DNA from: Ginglymostoma cirratum | Taxonomy: Eukaryota | Direction: 5' to 3' | DNA length: 64,000 nt | Assembly: GCA_024137785.1 (NCBI GenBank) | Contig: JAHRHZ010000032.1 | Span: 14,556,400-14,620,399, forward strand | Part shown: positions 25,780 through 39,300 of the stretch, piece by piece | Layout: every line of letters starts with the position of its first letter | Position numbering within the stretch: the first letter of the stretch is position 1 | Program-made: the position numbers and the translations under genes | Notes under the pieces: model-generated | Databases searched by the model: none | What the model saw: only the letters and a program-made list of their open reading frames with translations | What the model was told of the DNA's origin: nothing

Positions 25780-26480
25780 TTTTTCTATTCATTTTGTGGG
25801 ATGTGGGCGTCTCTGGCTGACCAGCATTTCTTGTCCATCCCCAGTTGCCCTTGAGAAGGTGGTGGTGAGCTGCCTTCTTGAACTGCTGCAGTCCTCCTGC
25901 TGTGGGTTGACCCACAATGCTATGAGGGAGGGAATTTCAGGATTTTGACCCAGCGACCGTGAAGGAACAGCGATATATTTCCAAGTCAGGATGGTGAGTG
26001 ACTTAGAGGGGAAAATGGAGGTGGTGGTGTTCCCATATATCTGCTGCCCTTGTCCTTCTAGATGGAAGTGGGTGTGGGTTTGGAAGGTGTTGTCTGAGGA
26101 TCTTTGGTGAACTTCTGAAGTGCATCTTGTAGATAGTACACACCGCTGCCACTGAGTGCCGGTGGTGGAGGGAATGAATACTTGTGGAGGCTGTTAGGCA
26201 ACCTTTTAAAAATTAATTTATGGAATGTGAGCATTGCTGGCCCATCTGTACTAGCCCTTGAGAAGTTTGTGGTGGACTGCCTTCTTGAACTGCTGCAGTC
26301 CACATGGTGTAGGTAGACCCACAATATCATTTGGGATGGGGTTTCAGGATTTTGACCAGCATCAGTGAAGAAATTGCAATATATTTTCAAGTCAGAATAG
26401 TGCATAGTTCAGAGAGAAACTTTACAGTTGGTGGTGTTCCCACTTATCTGCTGCCCTTGTCCTTCGAGATAATGTTGGTC
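25780..26480 (-). mobile_element. Two tandem L2/Crack-like LINE 3' ends (25780-26190, 26210-26480)
   Basis: Repeated gcccttgagaag...ctgctgcagtcc...ctgctgcccttgtcctt blocks. Confidence 0.85.
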
Positions 26481-26519
26481 CAGGAATTTGTATGTGTCTC
26501 CTAATGAGAACATATAGAA

Positions 26520-27600
26520 ACTTTCATAATTTTTATTTTTGATTTTACATTCATATTCCATTCTTTCATTAATTTCTTGGTCTTCTTTTGCTGAATTCCA
26601 AAATTCTCCTAACCTTCAAGTTTACAACTTTTTAAGATTGCTCCTTTGGTCTAATGCTATATTTAATTTCCCTTGTTAGCCATGGCACTCTCACTTTTCC
26701 TTTTGGGTATTTTTGTCTGAAAGGAATGTATGATTGTTGAAAAACAAACATTTATTCTGCCAGTGCTGGCCTCATCCAATCTACCACCGAACATTTTGAT
26801 GTATTTTTCCAATTGATCAACTTTCTCCTCATACTTTCATAATTCCCCTTGTTTATATTTAAGACTCTAGTTTCAGAATGAATGGCAGCTTTTTCAAATG
26901 TAATGGAAATTTCAGTAACACTGTGGTCACTATTACATAATAAGTTCTTTTACACAAAATTAGTAGCAACCCCTATCTAACTGCATATTATTTGTTCTAA
27001 ATTAACCTTGCCATAGCTAGTTCCTCAACATGTTAGTGCAGGAATTCTTTCCCCACAGCACTGATGTTAATTAGATTTACTCAATCTATATGTATTAAAG
27101 TCACTCAGCATAACGACATTCCCCTTGCAGCATGGTCTATCATTTCCTGATTTCTATTGTGCCTTAACCACTGCTTTGGTGGTCTATAAGCAACTTCTAC
27201 CAATGTTTCTCCTTACAGTTTTTTAAACTTAATGCAAACACCTGTTCTTACAATCAGAGATGCTAACTTACTAACATACTGACCACCCCTTGTTATCAGT
27301 CCTGCCCCACCTCGATTGTATTTTGTTGAATATCCATCAATATTCAGGAACCAATTTTGGTCATCATGTTGCTACATCTCCATAATGACGAATGGATCAT
27401 ACCTTTTTACTTCTACTCATGCCTTCAATTCAACTATCTTGTTGCAAATTCTCTGTGCGTTCAGGTAAATTGCTTTTAATTTTGCCTTTTTAAACATTAT
27501 TTGACCCTGATTAATCCCAGGATTTGTTTCTGCTGCTTTCAACTTTCAATTGCTTTCAACAGCATTTTTTCTATTTTCCATAACCAGCTTTGTTTTCATT
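26520..27600 (-). mobile_element. Highly degraded CR1 (ORF2 N-terminal region)
   Basis: Reverse CR1-like segments (ccttgttagccatgg, tttaagactctagtttcaga). Confidence 0.5.
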
Positions 27601-28301
27601 CTGTCTGAATTACGACTTAGATTTCCATTCTACCTGACAAGTTATATCCTTCTTGTTTTTGTTCTTAACTTTGAACTTTTCTCACTCACAGTTTCTCCTG
27701 TCTGAACTCTTAACCTGATTCATAGCTTCTACGAATTTATGAGTAGGTATGTGTGGGATGCTTGGACTTAGTACAACAGCATCCTTAGTAGTCATTTATT
27801 TTTGGTAACTCAGTATGAAAGTGAAAAGAGAACAGCATCACCCATGGAATATTCTACAATGTCATTGAGACTGGACACTCAGGGCATAGCTATTGATCTA
27901 TGGGAATAGAGATCCAATGGTGTCTGAGAGAAACAGTACAGACCATAATCTAGCTACAAACGCATAGCAAACAATTACGTACCACATTGGGCTTTCACTG
28001 TGGTGAAGCTTTTAAGTTTGAGTGAAAGAATTTTGATGTGAAGCTGAAATCATAAAAGGCACTTTGCATCCTCCAGGAAATTGCTGGAAAACAATTACTG
28101 TATTTAACACACTGTGAGAGATGAGTCATTTTACATGAAGTACTAATACATTGGATGTTATTAAGCAATTCTGCGCCGTTGTTAAAGTTCTCTGGCACTG
28201 AATCGTCATGTATGGACTGGTCAAGTTGGCATTGATTGCCCTGGCCACCTTTTACCACTGATATTGTTCTCTTTCTTGTGAAAGGAGTACCTTCATATTT
28301 G

Positions 28302-28509
28302 GAACAAAAATAGAAATTGCTGGAAAAGCTCAGTAGGTCTGGCAGCATCTGTGGAGAGAAATCAGAGGTAATGAATCAGAGTTTTCCAGCAATTGGAAAA
28401 CTCTACTTCATTAGCTCTGATTTCTCTCCACAGATGCTGCCAGACCTGCTGAGTTTTTCCAGCAATTTCTATTTTTGTCTCAAATTAACAGCATCCGCAG
28501 TTCTTTCGG
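28302..28509. mobile_element. Fold-back Penelope-derived element (family A), no hammerhead core
   Basis: Near-perfect ~175-nt palindrome matching the ends of 13949-15556; TSD ccttcatatttg / ccttcatttttg at 28290-28301 and 28510-28521. Confidence 0.9.
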
Positions 28510-29749
28510 CCTTCATTTTTGACTTGGCTTTTTGTAAAAGTACTTCATACTTGCATCTGAGAACCTGAGCAGTTAGAGTTCTGCTGGACATACTTACAAT
28601 AATACTTGCAGTGAATTTTTCTTTCAACTTTGCTGCTTCAATTCACTCCATAATACTTATGTGCTCCTTTAATTCCCTATCATCAGTTTGTCATCATTAT
28701 TTAAAGTATGCTGAACCAAAGAAAATGATGAGATAATTTCATGGTGGCTGGGTGCAAACCATATACTGCCATTTTCCAGAATGTAAAGTAGCCATGGGAC
28801 TCTTGTACTATATGCCTGTTTCTCTTCAACTGCCTCACAGTTACCCATTCTCTTCATTCCTCCAGGCCCATAACAGCTGAATGAAGAGTAATATTTTTTC
28901 TTTAAATGATCATAATAGCCTTTTTATTTCACGACTACAATCTTGTCAGGGTTTTAGTTCTGGAAAGAAATAACAAGTTGACACAACAGAAGTTCAATAT
29001 CTCCTAAAGTTTGTCAATCTCATCATTGTATTTGATGATATTTTGGTTCAAAGATATTAAATCGAGAAAAAAAAATCCATACCAGATATGTGTATAACAA
29101 AACTGAATAAAGAAGTTTGAATTATGAGCACGGTTTTGCCAGAAATGTTTTTAAAAATTCATGTATGTATAAGTGCATTGGACTGCACATCAGTGAACAT
29201 ACTTTAGTCCAGATTCCTGAGAATTTAAAATTTTTGCCAAAGTTTATTATTTACTTAACAATAACAGACCTTTACATATCTTTATCTTATTTGTACTGCT
29301 TTTAGCTGAATTGAGTTCAAAACAAACAGCTGTAAATCATTTAAAACTAACAGCATGAAGAACATTTTTATTGCATTTGGGTTCTGCTAGTCTATTGCTT
29401 AATTAATCATCTGAATAATGGATTATGGAAAAATTACTTAAATGTGAAAATTTCAAAACTGATCAATGAAATAATGATCCTGTCTTTAACCATCTGGTAG
29501 TGCTGAATGTATCTCCAACACAAATTTTACAGGTTCACTGTATATTCTAGCTGTAGTGAAAAAATATAACTGAATCACTTATACGTGTCACTAACTGATT
29601 TTCATGACAATGTAAGTTGCCATACATGAATGTTATGATACAATTTTAATCAAGTTTCTCAATGGGTTTCTTTCTATGAGGCCTGGCAAGTTTTAGTCTC
29701 TGATCTTCTCAAACTCATCTTATCACTACAACACGCAGTGGCACCCCCT

Positions 29750-30290
29750 TGTTCGACTTGCCGTCGTGAGAAGTATTCACCATTGCCAGGATATCTTGGC
29801 ATATACCAGCATCCATGGCACTAGTGCCATCTTGGGACCTCAGCTGTACACCAACCCAAGTAATGGTGATCCAGGGTTGCTCTTTATTGCCAACCTATAG
29901 TCACAGCAACTACAACCAATGCTTTTCATGACACGTAGGTGGCATAGCTGATACTTCCTTGCAATGAGACAAAGTGGTATTATCTGGCAGCCTTGATATA
30001 TGGATGGGTGATTGAGAGATCCCCCACTGATGCCCAATGGCTGTCTGGGCCCGGTTGCAGAAAGATGAAATGCAGTTGTCACCTTAGGGACAGCCATGGG
30101 GATAGGATGGCTGCCCAATCCATGCTGTAGTAGGTCCTGCTCCAGCAGCTGGCATTGTTCCATGTGCCAGGACATTTCCAATCTGCACCGACAAGGTGCT
30201 TTTCTCATTTGAAGGAACTGACATTGAGGATGAAAGCCTCTTTCTGCACCATGTCCTGAGGAATCATTCAGCTGTGAGCTCTTCACGTGC
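29750..30290 (-). pseudogene. Harbinger (HARBI1-like) transposase N-terminal remnant
   Basis: FLQMRKAPCRCRLEMS...LLEQDLLQHGLGSHPIPMAVPKVTTAFHLSATG resembles the Harbinger transposase HTH region; no DDE domain recognised. Confidence 0.65.
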
Positions 30291-33200
30291 AGGATGTTGA
30301 CGTTTGGATGATTGATGGATAAATATTGGACAGAACACCATGAATAGCTCTACACCTCCTCTTCAAAAGGTGTGTTGAAATGTTTTACATATGGGGATTT
30401 GACCCTTTATCTTGACTGCACCCACACTTAACCCTTCTTCCTCCATAGTTATTAAGTTTTTTCTTATGTCTAAAACTTTCTTCATATTCTTAGCACTTTT
30501 TAAAAATTTCACAGACCCTCGATACTAAATGGTATCAGCTTTTAATGCAAAATATCCCATAGCAATATCTTTTGTTCCTGTTCAGTTAATGGCGTTGTTC
30601 GGTCCCTAGCTAATTTTTCCGGTGGATATTCACAATCCAAATTTAAGGGCATAATGTATCAGGAGCACTTTAAATTAATGTAAATACACTGAACTTGTAT
30701 ATCATGTGAGACTAACTCACTTCAGCACAATCACTGCCAATGCCACATAGACAATGGTTCTGGTTTGCAGCTGGCACCACGTTATCACTCTTGTTATGTC
30801 TGTGCATTCATTCAGGTTTCTGATTTCTACAATGTGATTCGTCCTGATTTGCCTCACTTACACAGCTGAGAAGCAATAATGTTCAAAATACCATGGGGCC
30901 AGGCACCAACAGACAGGAAGTGCCGGTTAATTACAAGCCACAAAGGAACGGCAATGCTGCTGATTTTGTTTCTCACACTAGTGCCAGTAGCAATGGCGCC
31001 CATTGTCCCCCAGTGAATTGCCACATAATATTCCAACAACTCAACTGGAAAACATTGTCTGCTGCATCTACCCAGCGTAGTCTCAAAGGCAATCTAAAGT
31101 CAACTAAACAGCGATAAGATGGTCTCAGACCCTTCCCATATTTCGGCTCAACTGATCAAGTTGTAGATCCAAAGAAAGGCATGCAAGATTTAATGAATTA
31201 CATAATCAATTATATATTACATGGCATACTAGCCTATTATGATAAAATGGTTTGGATTATTTTGGAGCTGTTATTTTGTATTACACGCTGAACGCCTTTT
31301 AGACAGTCAGCAACCAAAGTGTTTCTTAAATACTTTTATTTTAACACCACCCATGCTTCAGAGCAAGAATGTCAGATCTGACTAGTCTAATGTATGAGCA
31401 GAATAATGTTCAATGGGGCTACTTAGTCCAGTCAATGCAGGTGATTGCTGTTATTGTAAAGAAGCAGGGGAGGATCCTTAACTTTGATTGCAGCCCATCT
31501 ATAAAGGTACCCTAATGAAAGTGAGGGCGTTAACAAGAAACTAATATTGTGTCTATTGAATGGCTCAAGATACTGAGATGATGGATGAACTTTCTTCGGC
31601 AATGAGAGCATGAGAACTGCATCAATCTAGTGTATAGGCATATCATTGATGTGGTGTGTTGCTGTAGTCATACATTCATGTGATATTCTGTTTTTTTCCA
31701 TATCAGACAGGTTATCTCATTATTAGTTCACTGCACCACTTTCTTTTGTAAATTGCTTAGCTCAGTTATGGATTTCCTCATCCCTAACGTTTTGCTTTGT
31801 TACAAATTAGGTTACTGTTGTCCCTGTAGAATTAGGTTGCACGCTTGCATTAAAGCATATTGCTATGGTAACAGATCTATTTTCTCAGTATGATTAGCAC
31901 TCATTGAATTTACTTAAATATCAGAGAATTCATAGCATTTTAATAGGTTTTCCTTGTACTCCACGAATTATTAGATGCAAGAGAATGGACGCCCTTTTGT
32001 GTTCTTCCCTGTTGTTATTTTTAGTTGCTCTTGAAACAGACAATATTTTGAAGACTTAAAATCCCACATAAAAAAGGCAAGTGTAATGTTCCTGCTATTG
32101 ATCTGATGTCAGATTAACTTAGTCCTCAGCTCAAATCCAAAGGTTATAGGTTCAAGCATCATGCCAGGTCTTGTGCATATATTGCAGTTGCTTATTTTTG
32201 GATGAGAAATTAATTTGAGGCCAGGTTATTTCCTTTCTTTTACTTCTTCATTAAGGACTTGATCGCAGCCAGGACTAGTTAAAAGAACTGCTCACTGGTT
32301 TAGTGATCACAAGGGCTGTTATATTGGTCTGGATCTTTTGGTCTCCCTGTCAAAGGAAGCCTGATGTATGAGCCAGGATATATGTAGGGGTGCTGCAGAA
32401 ATCACAATATATTTCCTGGTTAGTTCTCAGAATCAATTTGAAGTTCTGATGGAAAATTCTCCTTCTCTGAGGCACCTTCTGAAAAGCTCTCTGACCCTGC
32501 AGTAGTCAGAGATTTCAAACATTTTTAAACAAAAAACTTTCATAAATAGTTGACCAGGCGATATTTGACAAGAAAAAGATCCTAGTTTAACTCCTTTGTA
32601 ACTATACAACTGACCATTCTCCCAAGCACTCATATCAAACCCTGTAATTAATCACACTAGTTTTCTGAATCTCCCAACTCCAACTTGACTAGCTCCGACC
32701 GCCCAACTGTATCCCTGACCTGGTAACCCCTCTCGATTACTGGCCTTGCCAACATTACCCACCACCTCACCCATTAATTCAGGCACTAAAAAGCTTTTGG
32801 ATGTTTAAACATTCACCAGAATGACACCTTGCACAATAAGGAATGGGTTTGGCTTGTCTTGGCCAAACCTCAAAACTGATCCCAATCCTATTTTGCAATG
32901 CTGAAGCTCTTTGTTGGACCGCTACTCCACATTGCTGAAGAAGTTGGGATAGGGAGATTTTCCAGAAATGTAGAGTTCTGTCAGGTTACATGGAGTTAGG
33001 AACAGAAGGCAAAACCAAATGTAATAGCTTTTTTGGTGGGAAGATCTGCAGCACTTTTTTTAAAAAAACATACACTTTGCTCACCTACCTGGTGAACTAA
33101 TTCTGACATTATCTCAGCTATTATTTAGGGAGACTAGATGCAGGTATAAAAATGTGTAAATGTATTATTACAAAGCTAATGAATGCTCAGCATAAATAGA

Positions 33201-35027
33201 AATGACCTATGCTGCCGTTTAATTGTTTTGGAAATTCAGTTTGCTCCATTTGCAAGCAAACTGTTAACTCAGAATTTTAAACATCCTTGCAAAATATTCC
33301 AGCCATGGATTATTCTGTATAGACCTAATCAAGCCTTCGCATTTCAGTCAAAGACAAACACGAATCAAGCGACTCTTCATCGGAACTAAAAGGATGTTTT
33401 AGATCATCCAGGGCTCAAACTTAGGGCACATTTCTCCAAATTTAATTTAATTTTCTTTATTTACTCCTAAACACCTCCTCAATTGTAGTATGTTCATCAA
33501 ATTACTAAGTTCTAGTATGTTAAAATTAATGTCAGTTCTTTCTTGATCATAAAGTAGGTTTAATTGTCCAAGCAAGATTCGACTGCTAATTTCCTCTTTG
33601 GATACAGGATCTTCTTCCTGTGACAATCTGGCCTGAGTTATTGGGAAACTATTAAACTGTTTATGTATGCATTAGACAGGAAAGTGAAGCTCCAGAAGCT
33701 TGCATTGGGCACCTGATGGAGTTGAAGGCCATTTTAGCTTTGGCTCTCTCTCGGTATATTAATGGGTGTTGCTCATGATGACCCTTAGCTGTTGATATGA
33801 AGACTCCCATAGCCAGCCTCAGCACCAACAGCAGCAGAGAAGCACAGCACAAGTTCAGGAATTCTCATTCCATGAAGAACTGGAATTACATTGTGTACTT
33901 CCTGCAGGAAAATACACCACCCTAAAAGACAAAGCTTGGCTCTTGGAATGGCAAGGAAATATCTGCAGGAGTCACCTTACCTCAAGTTCAGATAGTATGT
34001 TGTTGGTCCCACATTTTCAGCTGTAGATCTTGGGTGTTAACGAGTGTGTGTCAGGCTGTTGGATCCATACCAATGTCCAGTTGAGGGCATTTTGAATCCA
34101 TTTGTGAACCTGTACATTCCTCTATTAGGCCACAACAAACAGTTATCTGTGATGATGTGTCCACTATCTCAACTCCATTAGTGAGAGCTAGTGACTTTTT
34201 CACAATGGTAGGGGTGGTAGGGGGAGGCAGTGGTGGGGCAGGGGTGAGGGGCAATATTTAAATTGCACCCCTGAGGCAAGTGACTGTAGTGGTTCACATG
34301 GAATGGCATACAGAATTTCCATGAGACGGCTCAGTCTCTTTTCACACTATATCGAAAAAAAAAGAAAAATCAATAGAAAGTAAATAATAGAAAGTTTAAA
34401 AAAAACTACTAAACTAAAAGAACCAAACCTTACAGAAGCATAAATAAGAATTATTCAAAGTAAATTTACGAATTTAACTTAAAACTTGGATTTGTGGATT
34501 GATAATGCACTCCAGCCCCTGAAGAGTGGCACAAAAACAGACAGTACTTGAGAAACACGGCAGGTCTGTCTGGCAGCTTCTGTGAGAGGAAACCTGGACA
34601 GTGGCAGTGGATGATCCATGCTCCTTCTCCAGCATTACCCAGGTTTAGACATGACCACAGAAGAAAGGCCAACGCTCAGAACAAATGAACCCTTCCAAGA
34701 CCCTTGCCTACGCATGTTGATGGTCAACTTATTCAGTTCCAGAACACTCCTATGAGGAGAATTGAACAGCATGGTGGGATTGAAGCTCCTTCTAATAATC
34801 TTTTGAAAACCAAAAGAAAAAAAACCCAATCAAATTAATAAAAGTCAGCAAACACAATATTGAAAATCAAATCTTTACAGCAAATTTAAATTAATTGTGA
34901 GAGGGAGTAATGAACTTCAACCTCCATAATGTTAACTGGTTGCACAGCCTGAGGAGAATGGGAATGGCATGAAGGGAACCAAGACCCTTGTTAATAGAAA
35001 AAGCAAAAACAGAAGCTTTATAACCTA

Positions 35028-35259
35028 GAGATAAAACCGTGTGGAGCTGGAGGAACACAGCAGACCAGGCAGCATCAGAGGAGCAGGAAAATTGACGTTT
35101 TGGGTCAGGGCCCATGTTCAGAAAGTCCATTTCTGAAGAAGGGTCCCAACCCGAAACGTCAACTTTCCTGCTCCTTTGATGCTGCCTGGTCTGTTGTGCT
35201 CCTCCAGCTCCACATTGTGTTATCTCTGACTCCAACATCGGCATTTCTTACTATTTCTG
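35028..35259 (+). mobile_element. Fold-back Penelope-derived element (family B)
   Basis: ~97-nt inverted arms (35028-35124, 35130-35226); perfect 14-bp TSD agctttataaccta at 35014-35027 and 35260-35273. Confidence 0.9.
35129..35164 (+). ncRNA. Minimal hammerhead ribozyme motif
   Basis: CTGAAGA-A-GGGT-CCCA-ACCC-GAAAC-GTC; stem I weak. Confidence 0.55.
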
Positions 35260-36179
35260 AGCTTTATAACCTACCTCATAATATCTTAAGAAAGGATCTG
35301 AATCCACATGCCAAGAGGTAGGGACACTACCACGCATCACAGAGTCCTCAATGTCCTGTTTCATATATGTTCAAATTTCTTAACCAACCAATGCCCTTCA
35401 TTTGTTTATACTTAATCTTAACAATGCAACTAATGTAGTTTGATCAAGGTGTAGCCTGGCAGACTTCAATTAGAACAGCCAATTGAGTAGTCTTGCATAG
35501 AGCTTTTAAAGCTCAGTCTTTTGATTTCTGACTCATAATTCAACAGAATCCACCTCTCAAAAGTTTATTGTTGTCAGGTTCAATGCTGTGAATCTCAGTT
35601 ACAAGGGAAGATTACCCAGTATGTTAAAATCTATTATTTACAAACAAACAACAGCATTTATTTGAGTCAAGTTGTCTTCCACAATTTTATGCAGGGTGAA
35701 ACTGCTTGAAACAGACCTAATTATGTATAATGTCGAGATTGATTCCAGCATGACCTGGCACACTTTCTGCTGTACTGATTGATAACCTGCCTTCTGTGTC
35801 CCAATCTCTGGCTGTGCCCAGCATGCTTCCTGAATTTAATAAGTAGGCAGGGACAGTGATGGGTTGCGAAGCCCCAGAAGACTGCTTGCTAAACTTCGAG
35901 AGTAGCAGAGCACCAAAGGAGAATGAATGTATTTCTTCCCAAAATAGTGCAACTTAAGCAACATTCTTCCTTTCTTCAACTTTGCGTTTATATTTAATGA
36001 CATGCATTCTTAACTATATTGGTGGAATTATTTCTGGAGTTAATGCTTGGAAAATACAATGGATATATGTTTAATAAGATGAGAAAACCATTACAGATGA
36101 TTAGCTGCAGTAAAGTACATCATAACTAATAAAACCTACCAATGCACATATCAGTGTTGGTCCAAGTCTTAAAAATAAT

Positions 36180-36350
36180 GGGGATCAGTTAGCTTTGTTG
36201 GCTGGTTTGGAATACACAGAGACGTTAACAGCATGGGTTCAATTCCTGCACTGACTGAGGTTAGCACAAAGGTCCTTTCTTCTCAAACTCACCCCTTGTC
36301 TGAGGCATAGTAACCAAAAGGATAAACTCACCACCAGTTTTCTCTCCCTA
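36180..36350 (+). mobile_element. tRNA-derived SINE (degraded)
   Basis: tagct...ggttcaattcc A/B-box-like head; a related reverse fragment lies at ~37430-37545. Confidence 0.6.
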
Positions 36351-39300
36351 ACTATATTATAGTTTAACATATTGAACTATTGTCCGTGCAGGAGACAATT
36401 TGGCTATTGAATCTGGCTTGGGTCTTAACTACAATCATACAAAACTTATCCTACTGGCTTGCCTTCTTGTCTATGCAATAATTAATATATTGATCCAGAT
36501 AATCAGGTCAGTAGTGAAGAAATGATGCTTGTCATTGCACTGAAAGAAAGCTGCCTGCGAAGTTTAGGCAAGGTCTAGAGTGCGGGTTTCCCCATATCTG
36601 ACATTATTTCATTTGGTGTTATTAATAATGGATCTGTTTTATCCAGCAACAGGGCAAGCAGCTGGCAGGCTGATCAGCCAATCAGAATGAGAACTAAGCA
36701 CAGGCAACAAAACAACATTAAAAACAAAAAATTCTAACCACGTTTAAATAGTTATACAGAAAGCAAAATGTAGATTTCAGAACAAAATATTCTAAAGAAA
36801 ATCATTCGAATCTGCCATTTTTAAATGCTTATGTTTTGGAGTGAGACACCACACTTTAAAATTAGCTTTTTACAGACAGAACACTTACTGTTACTTGTGC
36901 CTTATGCATTGAAAGCCCCGCTACTTATGATTGAATAACATTTAATATTTTACAGAGAGAATAGTTTGTAAATAATTCAAGTTCACTGAAAAGAACTTCT
37001 GGACTTGTGGTTTCAACTGCAGACATAAAGATACCAGAAGTTACTGTCAGCTCTTCACAAAAATAATAGAGCGCACTGATAGTATTTTCAAAATTACTAT
37101 TTCAACTTCCAGGCAATTGATCTGTGTTCAATAGAATGGGACGATTCAGTCCATTTCTCAACAGTGCTTATTCAAATAGCTATTTGGTAGTCCAGAACTT
37201 GATTACTGCTGAAAAATGACTTATTGTGTGAAGTAGCAGTTATAATTTGCAAGAAATACAAATGGAAGTGGAAAACAACATCTATACGGTATGAGAATGC
37301 TGATTAATAATACAGGTAGGTTAGACGGGGTCAATGTATTTCCCTTAGAAATGAGAAAAGAATGGGTCTCATCTTTATAACATGTAAACAAAGCTGGGCG
37401 GTTAATTGTCATTTGTCATCCAGTGAAAGTGAAAGTTGCCATAGTCCCAGAGAACCATACGATGCTCTCCTCATTAGAGATAGATGTTTGGTGGAGAGTT
37501 TGATCTGAAAGTCAGCACAAGGCGCAGCCTTCATGGTGACTTCTATAGTATCAATTCTCCATTGCAACACCTCTTCCAATGTAAACACAATTGTCATCCA
37601 AACAGCACTCTCTCTCATAATGTGTATCTGTTGCTTTGCCTTTATTTGATATTTCTTGTGAAATCTCCTGATGTGTAAAATGAAAAGCTTCAACAAAATG
37701 TGTTGCTTTTCAGCAACGCCAAAGTGCTTATTCAAATAACAACTAATAGAGGAACTGCATCTAATTTGAAATACTTCTCAAGGTAATAGTTCGCTTCCTA
37801 ATTCTAGTTCTGTGCCCTTTCTCTCAAAATCACTCATGCGTTAGTACAGCATAAAAGAAGAATATGTTTATGGGACCTAGGATTATCGATGAAGCATTGA
37901 CATGATTATGCAAGTTAATCACAACATTATTTATCATAAACTATTTTCCTTTTCTTTCCCCAAAATGTGTTTGAATTGAAATGCGCTGAAACTGGTTCCT
38001 GATTATGTAAGCAGAAGCATTCTCTTGGTCGCTTTTTTTATCTTCATTTTATTATTCGTGTCAACACTTCACTAAATCCTGAGGAAAAAGAATGAAGAAA
38101 AATGCTAATTCTCTTGGCACCTTTTTAATGCATGACAAAGCAATATCACCATCCAGACAAGAAAAAAAATGTTTTATTACCGTGATTTGTCAGGTCTGAG
38201 TGCTTTGTATCAGCTGGTGATGACTGTTACTCACTGTAAATCCAATAATGTGTATTACAAAAACAGCTTTAACTCACAATTCCCTTTATCGCGTCTATAT
38301 CTTAGCTATAAATGACTTATTTCTTGCACAGAGTTGTGGAGACAGTATAAAAATGGTTTATCCGTCACTTTGACATTAGTCCTATTCTATGAATAAATTT
38401 ACCATGAAATTAAAAGTAGAAATTTCCTAGTGCTGGATTAGTGGTGTAATATGAGGAATGACATTGGGATTCCTCCTGAATGCTTACCTGCTGCTGGGAA
38501 ATTTCCCTGGGCAGGCAGTTTAAATCATTAAGTGCCAAATTATGGGCAACCTAGGACACAGGCTGGCAGCAAAGCAGGCCCTCTGCCACATTCCACGCCG
38601 TCAGCTCCTGGAGGTGGCCTTCCTGCAGGGGTCTGTGGGACTATCCAACTTCCTGGGGAGATGCACACAGCAAAAACAACTCCGCCAAATAGTTTGCCCC
38701 TTCTCCCGGGACTGACTGACTTTGGCCCTCAGAATCTTTAATTTTGGATACACTCCTCCATAGACAGCTCCGTGTTTAGTTGCCCTGGTGGTCCCTGACC
38801 TGACTCGTAGATTGTGGGACACCTCTCATTGTGGGACTGCTGAGGCTCTATAGTTGCTGGCAACAGAAACCTGCCTGGTTTCCCTAATTGGACAGCAAAC
38901 ATGGCGACAGCCTATTAGGAGGTTGCCTCTGGGAAAATAGCTTTTCCATTCTTGCTCCTTTACAGGTTTCAGGTCCTCATCACATCCCTCATTGGTATGT
39001 CAAAGGCAGATGGAAATTTCTGTTGGAAGAAAGTGATCCACCATCCCGCGTTATCCCTGTATTTTATGATATTGAGTGATTTTATTATACCTTGAAAACT
39101 TAAGAAGAATAAAATTCTGTTCCATTGAGATACTCATTGGAGTCCATTGTTGTAGCCTGTGATATGACCCTCTGGTGAGTTGACCAATCAAGCATCCATT
39201 ATCCTTGGCTTAGCTGCTGTGCACTCATACATTGAATAGTAAGTATTAGCTTGCCAGTATTGGTAACTGCATGAGGGTGAAATAGAGTAATGGGATATTC

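Noticed and set aside
31859-31872. RFX X-box-like attgctatggtaac (also attgctatagcaac at ~17070)
   Set aside because: Single motifs with no promoter context
38440-39030. GC-richer blocks resembling non-autonomous DNA transposons (also ~42100-43500, 49780-50330, 52400-53800)
   Set aside because: Probably old Harbinger-related debris, but no TIRs or TSDs could be fixed by eye
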